A stretch of 64,000 bases of DNA. Source: Candidatus Magasanikiibacteriota bacterium (GTDB lineage Bacteria; Patescibacteriota; Patescibacteriia; Magasanikbacterales; UBA922). Numbering within the stretch: the first letter of the stretch is position 1; every line of letters starts with the position of its first letter. The notes under the pieces were generated by a model, which saw only the letters and a list, made by a program, of their open reading frames with translations, was not told the DNA's origin and made no database searches. Made by a program: the position numbers and the translations under genes. This document shows, piece by piece, positions 1 to 10,315 of the stretch. The DNA is taken from the NCBI GenBank assembly GCA_041665025.1, contig JBAYJP010000002.1, positions 64,691 to 128,690 of the forward strand, read 5' to 3'.

Positions 1-43
1 GTGAATTTAAAAAGACTGGGACAAATGGTTAATAGAAAAAACC

Positions 44-68
44 AAACCCGCCTAAAGCGGGTTTTTTG
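44..68. terminator. intrinsic terminator-like hairpin
   Basis: AAACCCGC-CTAAA-GCGGGTTTTTT. Confidence 0.6.
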
Positions 69-94
69 ATACTCCAAAACGTGATACAATACAC

Positions 95-172
95 CACATA
101 ACATGACACACGTATCACGTAACAATTGATAAATGATACGTGTTATGTGATATGTGTTACGTGCTACGTGAT
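95..172. repeat. family A heptamer inverted array (CACGTAA/CACATAA ... TGTTATG/TGATACG)
   Basis: Degenerate 7-nt units in two facing arms. Same family at approximately 1751-1823, 3413-3471, 5056-5134, 6171-6272, 37034-37106, 53452-53484, 55861-55912, 57366-57394, 62776-62858. Confidence 0.85.
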
Positions 173-173
173 T

Positions 174-965
174 ATGAAATACACCCAACTCTTCAAAACA
201 TTCCTTCAACGCCATCTCGCATATAGAGCCAGAGTAACTATCTGGGCTTTTGTTGATTTGATAAATTTCCTTATTTTTCCCTTTTTGTGGTTGTCTATTT
301 ACGGAGACCGAATGAGTATTGCCGGTTATTCACGCGCTGATATTGTTACCTACTATATTGTTATCATGTTTATTAGTCTCGGATTTAGTTCGCATATTTT
401 AAAACAAATAAGAACCGACATTTTGAATGGCGAAATCAATGGCTTGTTACTAAAGCCAATATCCTATCTATATTATCGTTTTATTCACGAGTTAAGTTAT
501 AAATGCATTGTATTATTAGTCGCAGTACTCTTTTTTATAGGTGCGGATATCCTGGCACCTTCATATATTGAATTCCCGCATTCGTGGCTTTATATTTTAT
601 CATTTTTTCTATCCCTTGCATGTTCATACGTACTTTCACACGCCACACAAATGATTGTGGGTCTATCCTCGTTTTGGCTTGGCGAGAATTTTGGACCTGA
701 TCGATTGCGTCATATTTTGGAAAAAATTTTTTCTGGCGAGCTGGCTCCGTTGATATTTCTTCCCGGAATCCTTCAGACTGTCGCCGTATATTTACCATTC
801 AAATATCTTTCCTATTTCCCCTCACAACTATATTTGGAACAAATAACACTCCCTGATGCCCTCAACAATTTTTTCGTGCTTGGAATTTGGATAATAGTGA
901 GTTGGTCTATTGTATGGATTATGTGGAAACGAGGGCTAAAGAGGTATGAAGGAGTAGGAATATGA
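174..965 (+). CDS. ABC-2 family (DUF990-type) permease, pair 1 subunit A
   Basis: Hydrophobic 6-TM pattern, 'DILNGEINGLLLKP', C-terminal 'WKRGLKRYEGVGI'. Start moved to ATG 174 because the upstream extension is repeat DNA. Confidence 0.85.
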   Translation: MKYTQLFKTFLQRHLAYRARVTIWAFVDLINFLIFPFLWLSIYGDRMSIAGYSRADIVTYYIVIMFISLGFSSHILKQIRTDILNGEINGLLLKPISYLYYRFIHELSYKCIVLLVAVLFFIGADILAPSYIEFPHSWLYILSFFLSLACSYVLSHATQMIVGLSSFWLGENFGPDRLRHILEKIFSGELAPLIFLPGILQTVAVYLPFKYLSYFPSQLYLEQITLPDALNNFFVLGIWIIVSWSIVWIMWKRGLKRYEGVGI

Positions 966-1750
966 AAAAATATTTCCGCATCTACAAAGTATTTGTTGAA
1001 AACGGCATTTCGTTTCTGGTCCAGTACCGCCACGATACGCTATTCAACCTATTCATGCATCTCGTATGGATGGGTATGATGTTTTTGATTGTCGAAATTT
1101 TATTTGGTCAGACAAACGCTATAGCAGGATGGTCAAAACAAGAAGTGTATATGCTCACGCTCATATGGACTTTGATAGGAGAAACATATATTACTTTTTT
1201 TGGAGGCAATTTACCTGAAATCCCCGATACAATCACCGATGGAAAACTGGATAATCTCATAACCAAGCCCGTGAATACATTATTTTTGGTAAGCACAAAA
1301 TTTTTTCTTGTACGAGCAACATATCGCGTATGCACAGAATTAATATTAATTGGCTGGTTGGTATGGCAATTTGATTTTGCTCATTCTCTCTCCGCTATTC
1401 TATCTTGTATTCTTCTTACTCTGTGCGGAGTTATGATATATTATGCGTCATTTTTGATAGCAAATACATTCAGTTTCTGGCTATTACGTATAGACAATAT
1501 CAATGACGCGGTAGATACAATAAGCACATTTGGCCGCTACCCCGTAAGTGTATTTCCTCTTACTATCCGAGCGTCCATATTCGTCTTTGCTCCGATCGTC
1601 TTTGCATCCTATGCTCCGGTTGCTGTTCTCACAGGCAAATGGCCATTGTACACGTCGTTGTTTATTATTGCCTTTACGATTATACTATGCGTTATTGCCG
1701 TTAAATTCTGGAATTTCGCGATTAAGAGGTATACGAGTGCGTCCAGCTAG
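962..1750 (+). CDS. ABC-2 family permease, pair 1 subunit B
   Basis: 'IAGWSKQE', 'DGKLDNLITKPV', 'GRYP', C-terminal 'YTSASS'. Confidence 0.85.
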   Translation: MKKYFRIYKVFVENGISFLVQYRHDTLFNLFMHLVWMGMMFLIVEILFGQTNAIAGWSKQEVYMLTLIWTLIGETYITFFGGNLPEIPDTITDGKLDNLITKPVNTLFLVSTKFFLVRATYRVCTELILIGWLVWQFDFAHSLSAILSCILLTLCGVMIYYASFLIANTFSFWLLRIDNINDAVDTISTFGRYPVSVFPLTIRASIFVFAPIVFASYAPVAVLTGKWPLYTSLFIIAFTIILCVIAVKFWNFAIKRYTSASS

Positions 1751-1827
1751 ACACGTAACAGGTATCACATAGCACCTAACAAATAAACTTCTTGTTATGT
1801 GTTACGTGTTATTTGATACGTGAATAT

Positions 1828-2619
1828 ATGGGTAAATACCTTGCTGAATTCAAGTTCAATATACAAGCATCATTCGCTTATCGCGGTGTAATAATATTAT
1901 GGATCATAGTAACGTTTCTTCAGGTTGCGGTGCTTCCATTTGTCTGGCTTTCCGTATATGGAACTCAAGATAGTATCGTAGGTTTTAGCAAAAGCATGAT
2001 GATAACCTACTTTGTCCTCATACCATGTATAGACGTGCTCGTGCAAAGTTGGGCTGACTTTGAGATAAAAGATGATATAAAAGAAGGCAGATTGAATACC
2101 TTCCTTATTAAACCTATCAATTACTTGCTTCGCGTGTTCTGGGTGGAAAATGGATGGAAAGTCTCACGCCCATTTATTGTCATATTGATTGTGCTGCTTC
2201 TATATCCCTTTATACACACGTATTTTCAACTCTCATTGCACGCACGCCTCGTGTGGATCTTACCGGCAATCATTGCGTCGAGATTCCTCAATTTTCTTAT
2301 TTCAAGCATTATTGGCATGGCAGCTTTCTGGACAGTACGAAGCAATTGGGCTTTACAAATCTGGTGGGCACTGCAAACATTAGCTGCAGGATATGTCGCC
2401 CCGCTTAGTTTTTATCCGCCAAATATCCAAAAAATTATTTCATATACTCCCTTCCCCATGTTGCTTCAAACGCCTATCAATATTATTCTTGATAACATTT
2501 CAACAGAACAAATTGTGAGACAACTATTATTAGCTTCTCTATGGATTATCATACTATTAATAATATCAAATTTTCTATGGAAAAAAGGGGTAAGAAAAAC
2601 AGAAGGTATAGGTATGTAA
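1828..2619 (+). CDS. ABC-2 family permease, pair 2 subunit A
   Basis: 'DIKEGRLNTFLIKPINY', C-terminal 'WKKGVRKTEGIGM'. Confidence 0.85.
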   Translation: MGKYLAEFKFNIQASFAYRGVIILWIIVTFLQVAVLPFVWLSVYGTQDSIVGFSKSMMITYFVLIPCIDVLVQSWADFEIKDDIKEGRLNTFLIKPINYLLRVFWVENGWKVSRPFIVILIVLLLYPFIHTYFQLSLHARLVWILPAIIASRFLNFLISSIIGMAAFWTVRSNWALQIWWALQTLAAGYVAPLSFYPPNIQKIISYTPFPMLLQTPINIILDNISTEQIVRQLLLASLWIIILLIISNFLWKKGVRKTEGIGM

Positions 2620-2620
2620 T

Positions 2621-3412
2621 ATGAAAAACAAATACCTCAAAATTCTCTCACGCACGTTCTCAAACAGTATTTCAGAATTTTTTATGTATCGCGCGGATTT
2701 TTTCTTTCGAATCTTTATGGGATTGCTGTGGAGTACCACGAGCCTTGTCATTGTTGAACTTATTTTCTACCATACCCCGAGCCTGGACGGTTGGTCTCAA
2801 TCAGATATTTTACTTCTGTATATAACGCTCAATCTTGCATTTGTAGTACAGGATGTATTGACAAACTCAATATTTGAACTGAGTAGCCATATTGCCGAAG
2901 GAAGGTTTGATTTTATCATTATTAAACCAATAGATTCACAGTTCTTTGCAATGTTCAATAGGCCAGATCCCGGAGCGTTACTCTTTTTTTTCACATACAA
3001 TATTCCACTCATATATGGACTCTACCTACACTCTGACTCACCCATACATTGGTTATATTTTCCTTTATATATACTGCTGATTTTGGCTTCAAATATATTG
3101 TGGATGCTCATGCGTACTATTATCATGACATTAAATTTCTGGTGGCAGAGGCTTGATAATATTGGCCAAATTTTAAATTCCATGCAAGAAATAGGCAGAT
3201 ATCCCATATCAATTTACCCTCGACCGCTAAAAATTATTTTCTACACCATATTCCCTATCGCCTTCTCAGGTGTTGTACCCGCGGAGGTCTTGCGTGGAAA
3301 TATATCATGGGTCTCTCTAATTGGAATGTTTATTGTGCTCTGTATCCTATCTCTATTTTCCCGTTTTCTTTGGAAAAAAGCTATTAGAAATTATACGAGT
3401 GCGTCCAGCTAG
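2621..3412 (+). CDS. ABC-2 family permease, pair 2 subunit B
   Basis: 'EGRFDFIIIKPIDSQF', 'GRYPISIY', 'YTSASS'. Confidence 0.85.
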   Translation: MKNKYLKILSRTFSNSISEFFMYRADFFFRIFMGLLWSTTSLVIVELIFYHTPSLDGWSQSDILLLYITLNLAFVVQDVLTNSIFELSSHIAEGRFDFIIIKPIDSQFFAMFNRPDPGALLFFFTYNIPLIYGLYLHSDSPIHWLYFPLYILLILASNILWMLMRTIIMTLNFWWQRLDNIGQILNSMQEIGRYPISIYPRPLKIIFYTIFPIAFSGVVPAEVLRGNISWVSLIGMFIVLCILSLFSRFLWKKAIRNYTSASS

Positions 3413-3474
3413 ACACGTAACACATAACAAACGAACTTTTTGTTATGTGTTACGTGTTATTTGATACGTGATGT

Positions 3475-4266
3475 ATGGGTAAATATTCCACCACATTCAA
3501 AAATTCCCTATCCGTCTTTATACAGTACCGGTTGAATTTGGGTTTAATTTTAGTGAGTCAATTAGTAAGTCTCAGCGGCTTAGTTTTTTTGTGGCTCTCC
3601 ATATATTCATCGGGTCAACAGATGGGAAACTATGGACTGCAAGAGATTATTACCTACTATGTACTCGTCACGCTCATCGCAACGATTATTGGGGATGGCA
3701 TTGGGATGGCATTTGATGTTGTGGAAGATATAAACCGGGGAGAAATAATACACTACCTGCTTAAACCTTTTTCTTATGTAAAATATCGATTTTTAACGCT
3801 CGTCGGAGCTATTACTATCAATCTTATGTTTATGGCGCCTCTTATAATTATAGGTGGGTACCTCATGCGGCAGTCTTTTTCCTTTCCCAGTGCAAGCGGT
3901 TGGGTATATTTTTGTATTACCCTGTCTTTTGCAATATTATTTGAATTTCTCATTTTTATGCTAGCTTCACTATCTTCTTTTTGGGTAGTCCGAGGAAGCA
4001 GTTTTATATATGCCACGATACTAATCACTGGATTATTTGATGGATCCCTCATTCCACTCGACTTATTTCCTTACTGGGCATATCACATTACAAGCTATCT
4101 GCCATTTCAATTCATAATTTTTACACCCATCCAAGCTTTTCTGGAAAATATCTATAGCCCAGCAAAATTATTTTCTGTAGCAATGGTATGGATTATTATT
4201 CTGCTTTTACTATTACTATGGGTATGGAAAAGAGGCGTAAAAAAATTAGAAGGGGTAGGAAGATAA
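3475..4266 (+). CDS. ABC-2 family permease, pair 3 subunit A
   Basis: 'DINRGEIIHYLLKP', 'WKRGVKKLEGVGR'. Confidence 0.85.
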   Translation: MGKYSTTFKNSLSVFIQYRLNLGLILVSQLVSLSGLVFLWLSIYSSGQQMGNYGLQEIITYYVLVTLIATIIGDGIGMAFDVVEDINRGEIIHYLLKPFSYVKYRFLTLVGAITINLMFMAPLIIIGGYLMRQSFSFPSASGWVYFCITLSFAILFEFLIFMLASLSSFWVVRGSSFIYATILITGLFDGSLIPLDLFPYWAYHITSYLPFQFIIFTPIQAFLENIYSPAKLFSVAMVWIIILLLLLLWVWKRGVKKLEGVGR

Positions 4267-4267
4267 T

Positions 4268-5056
4268 ATGTTAAAATATTTTCGATTATACAAAATATTT
4301 TTCAAAATCAATTTCATGAAAGACATGACATACCGGGGCAACTTCTTTTTTGGCTGTACCCTCACTATTTTTGAGTCTGTCATATCATTTTTAATAATAA
4401 CGATTATCTACAGCCACATACGGAGCATCTCTGGCTGGAGTTATGAGGATACACTAGTACTTACGGGTATAAACATGCTTTCAATTAGCTTTGGATGGCT
4501 TTTCTACAGAGGAGGTTTGAGTGACCTAGACAGAGTAGTCAATCGGGGTGACTTTGATTGGATGCTTGTAAAGCCAATAGATACACAATTTTTATCTACC
4601 GTTAATAGAATAGACATCGAGGATGGATCCCGTTCGTTAGTAGGATTTGCGATCATTGTTTATGGCATGACAGGAACAAAATTGTTCGATGTCTGGTATC
4701 TATTTCCTTTATGTATTATTACATTTTTATGTGGGCAAGTAGTGTTATACGCAGTTTTTTTAATTTTTAAAACCGTAACATTCAAATCTATACAAGGCTG
4801 GGCGACAAATGGCATTGCACATCGATTTCAACAACTCGCACAATACCCTACTGATATTTACAAAGGAATAGTGCGCGTCATATATACATACATGTTGCCT
4901 TTGATCTTTGTCGCAACAGTTCCTGCAAAAATACTTACCGGAAAATTTACGTGGCAACTATGTGCAGGTTCTCTCATTGCAGCAATACTCAGCTTTATCA
5001 TCTCACGAACAATCTGGAAATTTGCAGTGAAAAAATATAGTAGTGCATCATCTTAG
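4268..5056 (+). CDS. ABC-2 family permease, pair 3 subunit B
   Basis: 'RGDFDWMLVKPIDTQF', 'YSSASS'. Confidence 0.85.
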   Translation: MLKYFRLYKIFFKINFMKDMTYRGNFFFGCTLTIFESVISFLIITIIYSHIRSISGWSYEDTLVLTGINMLSISFGWLFYRGGLSDLDRVVNRGDFDWMLVKPIDTQFLSTVNRIDIEDGSRSLVGFAIIVYGMTGTKLFDVWYLFPLCIITFLCGQVVLYAVFLIFKTVTFKSIQGWATNGIAHRFQQLAQYPTDIYKGIVRVIYTYMLPLIFVATVPAKILTGKFTWQLCAGSLIAAILSFIISRTIWKFAVKKYSSASS

Positions 5057-5187
5057 CACGTAGCACGTACCACATACCAAAACCGATTGATATGTGATAC
5101 GTGTTATGTGATACGTGTTATGTGCTATGTGTTATGGAAAATTTACTAAAAAACGCTAAAATGCTATAATTCACCTCGTCATAACTA

Positions 5188-6183
5188 ATGTATATGCCTA
5201 TTATCAGCGTAAACAACCTCTCCAAAACCTACGAGTACTACAAAAAGCAGGCGGGTTTATGGAATTCAGTGAAAAGTTTGTTTCATCGTGAAAAGCTCTT
5301 TACAGAAGCGGTGAAACAAGTTAACGTCACTATAGAGGAGGGAGAATTGGTTGGGTTCTTAGGCCCCAATGGTGCAGGAAAGACAACAACGCTCAAAATG
5401 CTCTCTGGCATTCTTTATCCAACATCAGGAGAAGCAACCGTGCTTGGATATACACCGTGGAAACGCCAAAAAGAATTTCAAAAGCAATTTGCCCTTGTCA
5501 TGGGACAAAAAAATCAGTTATGGTGGGATTTGCCAGCCATGGAAAGTTTTATTTTGAACAAAGAAATATACGAGGTGCCCGATGCTGAGTTCAAAGAAAC
5601 GCTCGATGAATTAACTGAACTGCTTGATATCAAAGACATCTTGGATGTCCAGGTACGCAAACTTTCACTGGGCCAACGGATGAAATGCGAACTGGTCACC
5701 GCGCTCCTCCACTCCCCAAAAGTATTATTTTTGGATGAGCCTACAATTGGACTCGATGTCGTTTCTCAAAACAATATCCGACAATTTTTGAAAAAATATA
5801 ACACGACCAAAAAAACAACGATTATCCTCACTTCCCACTACATGGAAGATGTGGAAGCACTGTGCAAGAGAGTTGTTATTATCAATCATGGACAGGTCAT
5901 GTATGATGGCGATCTACATGAATTGATTAATACCTATGTTGACCACAAAGTGCTCGAGGTAACATTTACTGAAGACGTGACGCGAAAGACATTTGAAAAA
6001 ATGGGGCGCATAAAAGAATACACGGAAAGGCGTATTGTCCTTGAAGTGCCAAAAGCTGAAGCAAAAAAAGTCGCGACCAAAATGCTTTCCAAATTGCCTA
6101 TTGATGATATACTTATCAATGAACCTAATATCGACGACGTGATACGCACCATCTTCCAACGCGAAAAACCACACAGCACATAG
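5188..6183 (+). CDS. ABC transporter ATP-binding protein
   Basis: Walker A GPNGAGKTT, signature LSLGQ, Walker B LFLDEPT. Confidence 0.95.
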   Translation: MYMPIISVNNLSKTYEYYKKQAGLWNSVKSLFHREKLFTEAVKQVNVTIEEGELVGFLGPNGAGKTTTLKMLSGILYPTSGEATVLGYTPWKRQKEFQKQFALVMGQKNQLWWDLPAMESFILNKEIYEVPDAEFKETLDELTELLDIKDILDVQVRKLSLGQRMKCELVTALLHSPKVLFLDEPTIGLDVVSQNNIRQFLKKYNTTKKTTIILTSHYMEDVEALCKRVVIINHGQVMYDGDLHELINTYVDHKVLEVTFTEDVTRKTFEKMGRIKEYTERRIVLEVPKAEAKKVATKMLSKLPIDDILINEPNIDDVIRTIFQREKPHST

Positions 6184-6336
6184 CACATATCACGTAACAC
6201 ATAGCATATATCACATAACAAAACACCATGGTCCAATTGTCTGATGTGTGATATGTGTTACATGTTACGTGAAAAAAAATAGACAAACCTCAATCATATT
6301 ATTATCTTACGCGTTACTCAATTAACCAACAACGCT

Positions 6337-7401
6337 ATGCCCCAAGAAACATCCATAAGCTTTACCAGGATGAAATCCATCTTCTTTTTTACGCTTATTA
6401 TCATACTCTCAATTACCATGCTGTATATTTTTCGTCCTTTTATATATCCCCTTTTTTGGGCGGCTGTTGTTGCAATAATGTTTTATCCTGCCTACTTAAA
6501 ATTAGTAAAACTTTTAAAACGTGAGGGTCTTGCTTCTATACTCACCGTTTTAACAGTTCTTCTCACTATTTTTATACCTCTCATCCTTATATTAATTTTA
6601 CTATTCAATGAATCACTCAAACTGTACAATGCGGTGACAGAAACCGGCATATTTACCGAGCCGGAAAAAGTTTCAACCTGGCTATCACAAACATTTTTGG
6701 CTCCTTATGTCGAATATATACGCAACCAATGGACGGAGTACGCTGCTTCTTTCGCACGGACGCTGAGTAATTTCCTATTTTTAGGTCTCAAAAGTCTTGC
6801 ATCAAATTCTTTTAGGTTTATCTTCATGTCGTTCATCATGTTTTACACATTATTCTATTTTCTCAAAGATGGAAAACGAATGCTTAGACGCCTTATGCAT
6901 CTTTCACCCCTTGGCGACACGTACGAAAATATGCTCTATGAAAAATTTACATCAACTGCTCGCGCAACATTAAAAAGCACACTCATTGTTGGAGGCATAC
7001 AAGGCACACTTGGTGGTTTAGTTTTTTGGATAACAGGGGTCGAAGGTGCATTTGTCTGGGGAGTCATAATGGTCGCTCTTTCTCTTATTCCAGCGATCGG
7101 TCCTTCAATAATCTGGCTTCCCACAGGAATTATTATGCTGGCTATTGGAAACATTTGGCAGGGGCTGACCATTCTTCTTTTTGGTATCTTGGTAATAAGT
7201 ACTATAGACAATTTCTTACGTCCTAAACTTGTTGGTAGAGACACACAGATGCACCCCCTCATCGTACTCCTTTCGACTTTGGGCGGCCTTGTACTGTTTG
7301 GTATTTCAGGATTTGTAATCGGACCTGTCATTGCTGCGCTCTACTTGTCGGTCATATCAATATATGACCACTATTACAGCAGCCAACTACAAAAAAATTA
7401 A
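6337..7401 (+). CDS. AI-2E family transporter
   Basis: Multi-TM, 'TIDNFLRPKLVG', 'GGLVLFGISGFVIGP'. Confidence 0.9.
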   Translation: MPQETSISFTRMKSIFFFTLIIILSITMLYIFRPFIYPLFWAAVVAIMFYPAYLKLVKLLKREGLASILTVLTVLLTIFIPLILILILLFNESLKLYNAVTETGIFTEPEKVSTWLSQTFLAPYVEYIRNQWTEYAASFARTLSNFLFLGLKSLASNSFRFIFMSFIMFYTLFYFLKDGKRMLRRLMHLSPLGDTYENMLYEKFTSTARATLKSTLIVGGIQGTLGGLVFWITGVEGAFVWGVIMVALSLIPAIGPSIIWLPTGIIMLAIGNIWQGLTILLFGILVISTIDNFLRPKLVGRDTQMHPLIVLLSTLGGLVLFGISGFVIGPVIAALYLSVISIYDHYYSSQLQKN

Positions 7402-7411
7402 GTACGTGCAC

Positions 7412-7445
7412 AAAAAACCCTGTACCATTTGTGCAGGGTTTTTGT
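7412..7445. terminator. bidirectional terminator
   Basis: AAAAAACCCTGTAC...GTGCAGGGTTTTT between convergent genes. Confidence 0.7.
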
Positions 7446-7464
7446 TTTTTCAATTTTACACTAT

Positions 7465-8658
7465 CTAATTATTTTTCTCATCTTCTGGTTCTGTTTTTTC
7501 TTGCTGAGCTTCTGCCACGACTTCATCTTTCTTACTGTCTTCTTTTTTTTCGTCTTTTTTCTCTTCTTTCTTTTTTCCCGTTCCTTCGAGTCGCAGTCCA
7601 AGACGATGTTCAGCTGGTTCCATAGAAATTATTTCAAAATTTCTATTTTCACCGACTTTAAACTGGGACAAAACGATCTTTGGATCAGTTGTACGCTTGT
7701 CAGAAAGATCAGAAATGTGAGCCAAACCATGAATCTCGTCATCAAGCTTTACCATAAGTCCAAATGGCTCTACTTTGTGGATTTCACCTCCAATTATCTG
7801 GCCTACTTTGTATTTTTCTTTCACCTTTTTCCATGGATCATCGACAAGACGTTTGAGAGACAAATAAATTTTGGACTTATTGAGATCAATAATCTGAGCT
7901 TTTACTTTGTCTCCAACTTTCAAAATGTCTTTTGGATGTCCAATGCGTTGCCATACAATTTCTGAGATATGTACCAAGCCTTCTAAACCTTCTCCAAACT
8001 TGATAAACGCCCCAAATGGAGTAAGCGCACTCACCTGTCCTTCAATTACATCGCCTATTTTGTATGAATCAAGGATATTTTTTTGTTCTTCTTCCCACAC
8101 TTCTTTTTCAGAAAAAATAAGTTTTTCATCATCCATGTTTGCATCAAGCACTTTGACGCGGATGTTTTTCCCGACAAATTTGCGGAGGTGTTCCAAAATT
8201 CTATTTTTGTCTCCACCCTGAACACGAGGATAATTGTCTGGGTTGAGCTGAGACACCGGCATAAAACCCATAAGGGCATCTGCCGCAATCATAAGTCCAC
8301 CTTTGTTTGCCTGAACCACTTTTGCGGTGATTACGACACCGTCTTTGACATATTTTGCCATGCGATCCCAGACCAAACGATGGCCTGCAACGCGGAACGA
8401 AAGTTCCATTTCTCCATTTTCATTCTCGTCTTCGACAACAGTCGACTCGACCTCATCGCCGATTTTGATATCTGAAAATTCTTTTGATTCAGCATATAAT
8501 TCTGAACCACGGACAACACCGACGATAATCCCGCCAATGTCGACGCGTACTTCTCCTTTATCTATAGAAATGATTTTACCTTTGACCAAGTCGCCAACTT
8601 TTGGAATATTGGCAAAATAGTCTTTGAGCAAATCACCAAAATTTTGGTTTGCTGTCAT
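7465..8658 (-). CDS. rpsA: 30S ribosomal protein S1 (four S1 domains)
   Basis: Repeated S1 motifs 'ANKGGL', 'FGAFIKFGEGLEGLVHISE', 'GLAHISDLS'. Likely start MTANQ at 8658. Confidence 0.85.
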   Translation of the reverse strand: MTANQNFGDLLKDYFANIPKVGDLVKGKIISIDKGEVRVDIGGIIVGVVRGSELYAESKEFSDIKIGDEVESTVVEDENENGEMELSFRVAGHRLVWDRMAKYVKDGVVITAKVVQANKGGLMIAADALMGFMPVSQLNPDNYPRVQGGDKNRILEHLRKFVGKNIRVKVLDANMDDEKLIFSEKEVWEEEQKNILDSYKIGDVIEGQVSALTPFGAFIKFGEGLEGLVHISEIVWQRIGHPKDILKVGDKVKAQIIDLNKSKIYLSLKRLVDDPWKKVKEKYKVGQIIGGEIHKVEPFGLMVKLDDEIHGLAHISDLSDKRTTDPKIVLSQFKVGENRNFEIISMEPAEHRLGLRLEGTGKKKEEKKDEKKEDSKKDEVVAEAQQEKTEPEDEKNN

Positions 8659-8976
8659 AGTATATGCGTACATTTTTGTACGCCCTATGTTAACCCGAAA
8701 CATATTCGAGTCCCTTGGCATAAGCCGAGGAGTAATTAAAAAAGCCCGATAACTATACCAGCTGATTTCAAAAAAGTCAAGCATCGTGTACAAAATCGTA
8801 ATAAAAACAAAATTTTGCTTATTTAAGCGTTTTTTAAAACTATTTTTACTTAACTTTAGACACAACCTTCTGTTGCGAATTATATGTGAATCAGGTATAA
8901 TAATCACGTTCATAGTTCAAAAATCGTAAGCCAGGATTGTTTTGACTTTTGATTTTTGATTTTTAACTTTCAATAT

Positions 8977-9591
8977 ATGCATATTTCTTGGCTCGGCTCC
9001 ACTGCCATACGTATCCAGACGAAACCATTTGATAAGGATATTGTGATTGTTATTGATCCCTATCGCCCTGAACATGGCACATTCCCTCGCAGTCTTACTC
9101 CCGACATTGCGTTGTTTACGCATGGAGAAAAAGACAGTATTACACTGTCTGGCGAACCCTTTGTACTCTCTATGCCAGGGGAAGTAGACACCAAAGGCGT
9201 GCTCATTACCGCCGTAGAAGGGCATGAGCCCGGGCAGACGATGTTGCGCATAGATTCAGAGCAACTGTGTGTGGGGCATATCGGACTTATCAATAAGCCC
9301 CTAACCTCACGCCAACTTGAACTCTTTTCAAATATTGATATTTTATGTGTCCCAGTCGGGCAAGGAGAAGGATTTGATGCCGAAGCCGCAGTAAAGCTTA
9401 TCAATGAAATCGAACCGCGCATTGTCATCCCTATGGCTTTCAAATCTGACAATGACCCTCAAGCAAAACCAGTCGAACTGTTCCTCAAAGAAATAGGCGC
9501 ACAGCAAGTAACGCCTGAAACAAAAGCTATTGTTAAAAAGAAGGATTTGCCGGAAGAAGAAACCAAAGTCATAGTACTACAGAAAGAGTAA
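8977..9591 (+). CDS. MBL-fold metallo-hydrolase-like protein
   Basis: 'ISWLG', 'IVIDPY', 'IDILCVPVG', 'IEPRIVIPM'; metal motif degenerate. Confidence 0.75.
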   Translation: MHISWLGSTAIRIQTKPFDKDIVIVIDPYRPEHGTFPRSLTPDIALFTHGEKDSITLSGEPFVLSMPGEVDTKGVLITAVEGHEPGQTMLRIDSEQLCVGHIGLINKPLTSRQLELFSNIDILCVPVGQGEGFDAEAAVKLINEIEPRIVIPMAFKSDNDPQAKPVELFLKEIGAQQVTPETKAIVKKKDLPEEETKVIVLQKE

Positions 9592-9634
9592 TCATTAATA
9601 ATTTTATCAGATACAAAAGATCCAAATTAGTATA

Positions 9635-9720
9635 ACTCAAAAGTCAAAAATTAAATCTCAAAACTAGAACTTAAAACTAAAATCTTATTTTGACTTTTGA
9701 ACTTTGAGTTTTCAATTTTA
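9635..9720. repeat. family B heptamer inverted array (TCAAAA[AG] ... TTTTGA[ACG])
   Basis: Also at approximately 8938-8971, 27760-27862, 28547-28648, 35075-35181, and in-frame in galU. Confidence 0.8.
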
Positions 9721-9725
9721 AACGT

Positions 9726-10301
9726 ATGCCTGTCAGCAAACTAAAAAAATCCACAACTAAGCGTGGACCGAAGAAAAAAAATCAAAAAACAAAGGCTATT
9801 GAAGAAGCAGTAAAAAATATTCCAAGCATGATCATGAACGAAACATACAACCGCAGTAAAGCCGAGGCTACTACGGTGATTTATCCTGATACAGCCCAAG
9901 AAACCCGCCGCATCCCAAATCCAACAGAGAAACGTGCTGTTGCGCCAATATACGAACCTCCCAAAGGAAGCCACGCGTGGCTATGGACAGGAGTGGTCGT
10001 ATTTGTCGCCGTTATACTCACGATGTGGATATTAAACATGGGAACATTATTTTATCAATCAAAACAAGATCAAGACCCTGCTGAAAGAATTATTGAGACA
10101 AGCAGACAGGATTTACGATCAATCATGGAAACACTGGGGCAAAAAGAAAAAAATAATATACCCGTAACAACTACTACTTCTGAAATAAATCTCGATGAAA
10201 TAGAAAAAATGTTAGAAAAAACAGTTAATGAACTGCCACGCGCAACAACATCCACGTCATCAACTGAATACGGAAGAAATTCGGTACATAGAGAATTATA
10301 A
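9726..10301 (+). CDS. hypothetical single-TM protein
   Basis: 191-aa ORF, one hydrophobic stretch, directly upstream of gyrA. Confidence 0.6.
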   Translation: MPVSKLKKSTTKRGPKKKNQKTKAIEEAVKNIPSMIMNETYNRSKAEATTVIYPDTAQETRRIPNPTEKRAVAPIYEPPKGSHAWLWTGVVVFVAVILTMWILNMGTLFYQSKQDQDPAERIIETSRQDLRSIMETLGQKEKNNIPVTTTTSEINLDEIEKMLEKTVNELPRATTSTSSTEYGRNSVHREL

Positions 10302-10315
10302 TATAATGTAAGCTT

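Noticed and set aside
126-173. N-terminal extensions of several ORF-track calls (126, 1792, 8913, 29613, 36985, 45133, 55886)
   Set aside because: They translate intergenic or repeat DNA (e.g. 'CYVICVTCYVI', 'IIRTIRLIRII'); downstream ATGs match the family N-termini.
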